NCBI GenBank assembly: GCA_964016885.1
Contig: OZ024741.1
Coordinates: 326,802,001 to 326,866,000 of the forward strand
Source of the DNA: Eledone cirrhosa
Lineage: Eukaryota
Length of the DNA stretch: 64,000 bases
Reading direction: 5' to 3'
In this document: positions 57,928 through 64,000 of the stretch, piece by piece
Layout: each line of letters starts with the position of its first letter
Position numbering within the stretch: the stretch's first letter is position 1
The notes under the pieces: model-generated
Seen by the model: only the letters and a program-made list of their open reading frames with translations
What the model was told of the DNA's origin: nothing
Database searches by the model: none
Translations under genes and position numbers: made by a program

Positions 57928-60590
57928 ATGAACAATAATAACATACTCAGAAACAACAACAACAGACACGCAGACACAAACAACAATAACAACACACACA
58001 ACAACAATAACACACACGGAGACAACAACAGCAAAACACATCAACAACAGCACCCATCAACAACAACAACAACAACACACACACATTCAATGCCTCTCAC
58101 CACCACCACCACAATCTTAACAAACACACAGACACAGAAAACAGGTAATGACAGTAGCACAGAAATAAGGGAAGGTAATAGGATTGAAAGGAGAAGGGAG
58201 ACTATGGACAAAGAAAATAACCAACACGAACGCACAGACACACAAAATAGAGTAGATAATAACAATGAGCCAGTGGAAAGAGACAGGAGTAATAATGAGA
58301 GACATAGAAACAACCATGAGGCTGTTGCTGGAAATAGAAATAGAAACAACACAACTAACAATAACAATAGCACTAGTACACATAAAGCAGCAGCCTGGAA
58401 CTCTACTATTTATGATCCCTCCGATAAGTCGTTCGACCTGCGACCAGTCCACGCCACAACTTTACCATTTAACAAACGCACGCAATTGCCGTCGCAGGTC
58501 GATGAACAAACAGAAGCACAATTTAGTATAGCTAGATCTGAACTTAGAAATATTATAGAACAGTATAGCAAGAAGCATAATAGAATGGAGGCCCAGCAAC
58601 TGGGAGAAAAATCTGCAAATGGCTTGCGTAAGCTCATGCAGCGCTCGCATAATGGAGAGATAGCATGCTTTCCAACAGACAAGTCTGGCAGAATGTCGGT
58701 TGACAGTCTGCCAAACTACATCCAGGCAATGCAACCCCACATCACTAACACAAAAGAAATAACACCACAAGAGCATGAGGATAGAGAAAAAGCCCTCAAT
58801 GCCCACATGGTGATGTAGACGAATATAATGGAGCCCAACAAAAGGACTGCCAACAACTTCCAGGCCTGGAACAATGACGTGCCGGCGTTGTATGGGATTC
58901 GAAAAGACCATAACACGGGCAGTGACCCTGTCACGGGACCACCAACATACCCAGTCTGTGGAGCTAACATTGCTAGTAACTACAGACTGTCCTACTTCCT
59001 CTCCCTGATCATACGCCCCATCATTGAAATGTCCCCAGATGTATGTGACAGCACGGAGGACCTCCTCAGCAGAATCGGCGAGAGTAACCGATCTAGGGAC
59101 CTAACAAACTGCATAATAGATAGTATGGATGTTGTGTCCCTGTATCCATCTATTGACGTGGATTTTGCTGTGGAGAAATGCGTAGAAATGATCAGTGAGA
59201 GCAATGTTGAGTTCCGTGGGATTGATACCAGTGAGCTGGGACTCCTACTTAAACTTACCTATAGTAATAATTACCTAGACACATATGACCTTAGCAACCT
59301 GTGCCCTACAAGACCATCAAGAGGCAGACCACCTACCATTACCTCAATGGCCAAGAAAACCCACACAGATAGATGGAACGGGTGGACCAGAGCCATACGG
59401 ACACCCGAAAACCACGATGAACTAAAGAAAATGATTGGACATGCGGTGGGGGCCAGCATGAAATTAACCCTTAAGGAACATATGTTCAAATTTAATGGAA
59501 AAACATATGCCCAAGAGGAAGGAGCAGCCATTGGTGTTAGCATAGCAGGCGACATAGCTAACTTATTCATGGTATGGTGGGACAGTAGAGATAAACTTAA
59601 ACTTAAAGAACAATTAGAAGACCCCTTAACCCTGATAATGTACTCCCGCTACGTTGATGATATAAACATCGTAGTTAAAACACCCCCACTAGAGAACAGT
59701 CAGGAACTAGAGAAAAACACAATGAAGAGCATCCAGCAAATAGCTAACTCCATCCACCAGAGTATTAGAGTTACTATAGACTACCCAAGTAAACACACCA
59801 ACCATCGATTACCTGTACTAGACACAGAGCTCTGGTTAGATACCATTAATAACAAAAAACAAATCCTCCATTCCCATTATGCCAAACCCATGACTTCCAA
59901 ATATCTGATCCACCGAAACTCAGCTGTTTCGGCCCATACCAAAATAAACATACTGATTGAGGATTTGGTACGGGTGATGAGAAACGTGTCCCGCATGTGC
60001 AACCCCGAAGAACTAGAGGGACACATACAACACTTCATCCACCGTATGCAGTTCTCTGGTTACAATCAGAGAGATAAAATCAGAGTGTATAGAGGAGCTA
60101 GAACCAAATTGGTAAAAATGGGAAAATGGTAAACTCAATATTAAGATAGTAGAAAGACCAGGTACCTCCATAAAAACACTTATTAGCAAGAGATACTCTC
60201 TTCAAAGACCCCCCTGTATAGATAAGAAATGTATAACCTTTAAATTAATCCCCCATATTAACTGTAAAACTAGAAATGTAGTATATAGCATAAGATGTAC
60301 TGAAGGACAATGTAGAGACAAAAAATATAGTGTACATAGATGAGACAGCTCGTAGTGTAGGGGAACAGATGAATGAACACTGGCGAGACCTTCAAGATAG
60401 TAAAGAATCATCTGTACTCTACCAACATGCTAAGATAGAACATAAGGGTAAATTAGAGAACATAGAAATAAAAATAGAATCTACACAGAAAAGACGCAAT
60501 GTTTAGACAAATCACAGAGGCAATAAACATAAAAGAATTACAACCAAAATTAAATAGAAAACATGAGTGGAACAGCAACATCACAACTTA
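57928..60590 (+). pseudogene. Near-full-length Penelope-like element ORF (RT + C-terminal GIY-YIG), disrupted
   Basis: ORFs 57928-58818 and 58828-60132 are in frame, split by one TAG. Motifs: TDKSG, LYGIRKDH, MDVVSLYPSID, QEEGAAIG, YSRYVDDI, LPVLD, HYAKPM. Downstream frameshifted CKTRNVVYSIRC..VYIDETARSVGEQMNEH..RQITEAINI..PKLNRKHEW. Confidence 0.92.
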
Positions 60591-60596
60591 CAATTA

Positions 60597-60986
60597 AGGA
60601 GAAAATGAAAACACGCACGCACATAGAACAAACAACCAACCTGTAACATGTAAATAAACAAATAAATAAACGAATATAAACACACACAGACACCCGGATG
60701 TGGCGCATGCGCAGACGGAGCACACAACACATACACTGAAACAAGATGGCGTAGGAGAGAACAAAGGAGAGGCACAAAAACAAAGAAAAGAATCCCCAGT
60801 CACTGAAGAGGTCACATCATGTGTGACGAAAGAACTTTGACAATATATAAACAACCATCCGGTTGTGGAACCAACCAACCAACCGGAAATTTATAAATTC
60901 CTCAATTTATAAATTTATTATAATAAATTGAAGTGAAAGCGCTGGTGCGTGTGTTTCTTATTGGCAACATGACCCTCCTAAAGTAT

Positions 60987-60992
<6 letters not shown>
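60597..60992 (+). mobile_element. 3' pLTR of the PLE with HHR at 60799-60841
   Basis: gtca-CTGAAGA-g-GTCACA-tcatg-TGTGAC-GAAA-GAAC-TT-tgac. Ends at (TA)n. Solo copies at 24.1 kb and 42.6 kb; diverged tails at 20970, 27090 and 31020-31250. Confidence 0.88.
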
Positions 60993-61034
<42 letters not shown>

Positions 61035-61043
61035 ATCATAATA

Positions 61044-61146
<103 letters not shown>

Positions 61147-62779
61147 ATATAAGAAAAATAAATAGAGAGGAAAAGAAGGCTAACTGATGTTATGTGAAAC
61201 AGATGGTGCAACGACAAATGAGTTCGGGGAAGGATAAAGAATATAAATGAGTAGAAAATGAAAGAAAGACAAAATGTATCACATGAGGAACATAGAGAAA
61301 ATATGAAACTAGTGATGTTACACTATCGATTCAATCAGCTGCACATCCTATGTCAATGTAGAAAGTAAAATTAAATCTTAGAAAACCTGTATCTTATTTG
61401 CCGTATTTTGATAGACAATTTCTATGGGATTATAGGTGGGAGAAAAGAATCCCACACAGGATTCCCAACTTCATTCAACCGTACTGAGAATTTGAGACTT
61501 CTATCTCTTTTGTATTCTATTTTACAGTTGTGCAGGATAGTTTTATTCATTTGAAACTCTTTATAATCCACCTTCTTTTAGCAGGTTGATAGTTATCTTG
61601 GCAACCACGTAATGCGATCGGCCACTCTATATGAATTTATGTAATCTGAAAATAACTACACTTTCTAAACAAAAATAGACAAAGAAAACACACAATGTAT
61701 CCACCTATGGATATCTTCCTTTCTGCTCACCATGTTCTGCATTTGAATATATATTACCCGCTTGAATATCCAGACAGTATTTTCTTTAAATAATAACCAT
61801 ATGCGGTCAGCAGCCCGCGAGCATACGGTGATAATTTGCTAAAGTTGTGAAAGTTCTGTATACAATCTCATTCTTCAAATGTCTGCAATATAATATGAGT
61901 GCTAGTCATTGTTTTCAAATTGATTTGAACTATATTATAGCTTCAGCATAGCCACAAATCAATGTTTATTGAAGTGAGCTTGTGTAAGTAAATTCAATCG
62001 AAAAACTATCGTTTTGTTATTTTTAAATATGACTTAGGTTCCATCTAATGCGTTTTATGGATTTATATGGAGATATATATTGCGATACTGACTAATATTT
62101 CGATTGTCAATGACTGAAGGTTAATGAAATATGAGCTTATTGCGAAAGATGGAGTCACCGTCGGTTTCAACGCTGAGCATTCAGTTCTAGGATTAACTAA
62201 ACATTCGACTCTAGAATTAACGTGTACATGGTTGCTACACACGTTTTATCAGAGAAATTTCTAAGGTAAATCAAGGTATATCTTATGAGTAAGGTAGCTC
62301 TTTGAATTACATGTACAGTTTATCCGATGTACTTCCACATATTTCCTGTCGTCACAATACATATCACATGACTTGGGTCACCTTGAGCCTACAGTAGAAC
62401 TCCTTGGTCAAGAGGTCATACCGTGATATCGAATATGGGTCTTCGTGATTGCAACGCGGTCTTCTTAACTACTCAACGGTGCTTGAGTTCACATATTGTA
62501 ACTATGTGACATGTTATATGTTTCTAAAATAACACTACTGCAAAACAACCACGTGCAAAAGTGTCGACAGTCAGTGAAACTGTGTTTTATGCAGTAGATA
62601 AATCTACTAAACAATAGCTGCCAAATATCTATAAAAATATCACTTCATACCGACTTAAGTAAAGAATGGTGCATTTGATAATGTCGTCCCTGATGTACCA
62701 AAAAGATGAAAGAGGATTTGATAATAGATCCGCTCGAGCAGGGTTGCGCTATATAACAGCAGTAGCAGCAACAATAGCT

Positions 62780-63180
62780 ACAGGCGAGGCTGAGGTGCTG
62801 GAACAACCAAGTGCCCTCACGAGCATCACTAGTTACATCTGTTTGGCTAGTCGCCAGTAAAGATAAAAATATCGCTGTCAGTAGCGCGACTCCTCCAAAC
62901 GTCTCGAATGCCACAGGCTGGATAATATAGTTAGCTGACAGAACACGGTATTTTAGGATTTTGTTCCGTTCAGCTGCAGATGCTGTAGCTCTCGCCCTTA
63001 CCGCTGCATACAGAATGTGGGAAGAAGCAAAAGAGTCACTAAATGTGACGTCCCAGTTAAGGCACCTGCCTTGATCAGGAGCACAGAGTAAGACCGTCAA
63101 ATCTTTTCCCATCAATTCAGGACAACCCAGGCGGTTCCAATAATCAGGGGATGTTTGCCCGGGCCAAAGCCCTTGAGTGG
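62780..63180 (-). mobile_element. CRE-clade non-LTR retrotransposon restriction-like endonuclease fragment
   Basis: QGRCLNWDVTFSDSFASSH..AAERNKILKY..QPVAFETFGG..LFQHLSLA, matching the WDxT..KxxKY..PxAxExxG RLE pattern. Confidence 0.8.
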
Positions 63181-63399
63181 TAATAGGACAGTGTGTGTAT
63201 GTGCGCGTGAGTTTGTCGGCGTTCTTACATTAGAGACACGTGTGGTGTGTGTGTGTCACTGTTTTTAAGTTACATATATATGTGTGTATCCCTTTCCTTC
63301 CTTTTACACACACATACATTCACACAAACACATACACATTGCGTGATGGACGGGTGGACAGAAGTTCCCCATTTATATACATGTGAATGGAGTTCTACT

Positions 63400-63795
63400 G
63401 AAGCAGTTAGAGAAGTTAAAGTAACTTGGACCCGTGTTCATGAGTGATGGAATGCAGGAGGCTGAATTAAGTGCAAGAATTGCAAAAGCTGATGCAGTAA
63501 TGCGCCAGCTTCAGCAATCAGATGAAGGGAGGGAGGGGGGTAAGTGTAAAAGCCAATCTCGCTGTCTTCCTGGTATTCCTGCCAACTCTTACCGAGGATC
63601 ATGAATCTTGAGTAATGACCAAAAGAATGCAATTGCAAATAAAAGCGGGAGAAATGGGATTCCTCCGAAGGGTCTTTGGAGTAACGTTACTCGATAAAGC
63701 GCATAACTCAGAGACCAGAGAGTCGCTCCTAGTAGAGCCGCTACTCCGATATTATGAACATGTGATTAGAATGTCTCAGTAAAGAATCGCTGGAA
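63400..63795 (+). mobile_element. RTE (Rex3/Expander-like) LINE fragment
   Basis: Manual translation: LGPVFMSDG..ARIAKADAVMR and PTLT..HES*VMTKRM..IKAGEMGFLRRVFGVTLLDK..RESLLVEPLL..HVIRM. Confidence 0.8.
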
Positions 63796-63801
63796 ACATT
63801 A

Positions 63802-64000
63802 AATAATTATTGTGGGTAATGGTGGGTAAAAAGATTGTTGTGGGTAACGTTGTAGGTAAAATAATTATTGTTGGTAAAATGGTGGGTAAAATGATTATTG
63901 TGGGTAGTGGTAGGTAAAATAATTATTGTGTGTAAAGTGGCGGGTAAAATGATTATTGTGGGTAAAGTGGTGGATAAAATGATTATTGTGGGTAGTGGTA
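63802..64000. repeat. 29-30-bp G/T-rich minisatellite
   Basis: Unit approximately tgtgggtaaagtggtgggtaaaatgattat, about 7 copies, runs off the window end. Confidence 0.9.

Noticed and set aside
58816-60590. Stop-codon recoding or selenocysteine in the PLE ORF
   Set aside because: The in-frame stop is TAG at a probable Trp, not TGA at a Cys. Additional frameshifts and a deletion indicate ordinary decay.
63802-64000. CRISPR array or telomeric repeat
   Set aside because: No unique spacers, eukaryotic context, and the unit is not TTAGGG-like

Overview
Eukaryotic, very AT-rich, gene-poor DNA dominated by (TA)n/(CA)n/(GA)n microsatellites. The MetaSINE and CORE-type SINEs and the repeat landscape suggest a cephalopod (Octopus-like) genome; this is an inference. 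No intact host gene can be supported. All recognisable coding sequence is decayed retrotransposon: five Penelope-like element (PLE; RT + GIY-YIG) remnants, two RTE fragments, one CR1-type fragment and one CRE-type fragment. A Helentron-associated non-autonomous element is also present. The main hidden signal is non-coding: about 25 type I hammerhead-ribozyme (HHR) motifs read by eye, from at least a dozen unrelated repeat families. They include (i) retrozyme-like monomers of about 300, 410-443 and 480 bp in tandem, circularly permuted or terminally redundant arrangements; (ii) HHRs whose helix II is expanded to about 60-115 nt, in one family with a conserved sub-hairpin; and (iii) U3-A8 covariant cores. 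Many of these elements form fold-back palindromes inserted in (TA)n, the largest being a 7.2-kb inverted repeat (2973-10128). All structures were paired manually; none was folded computationally or tested.
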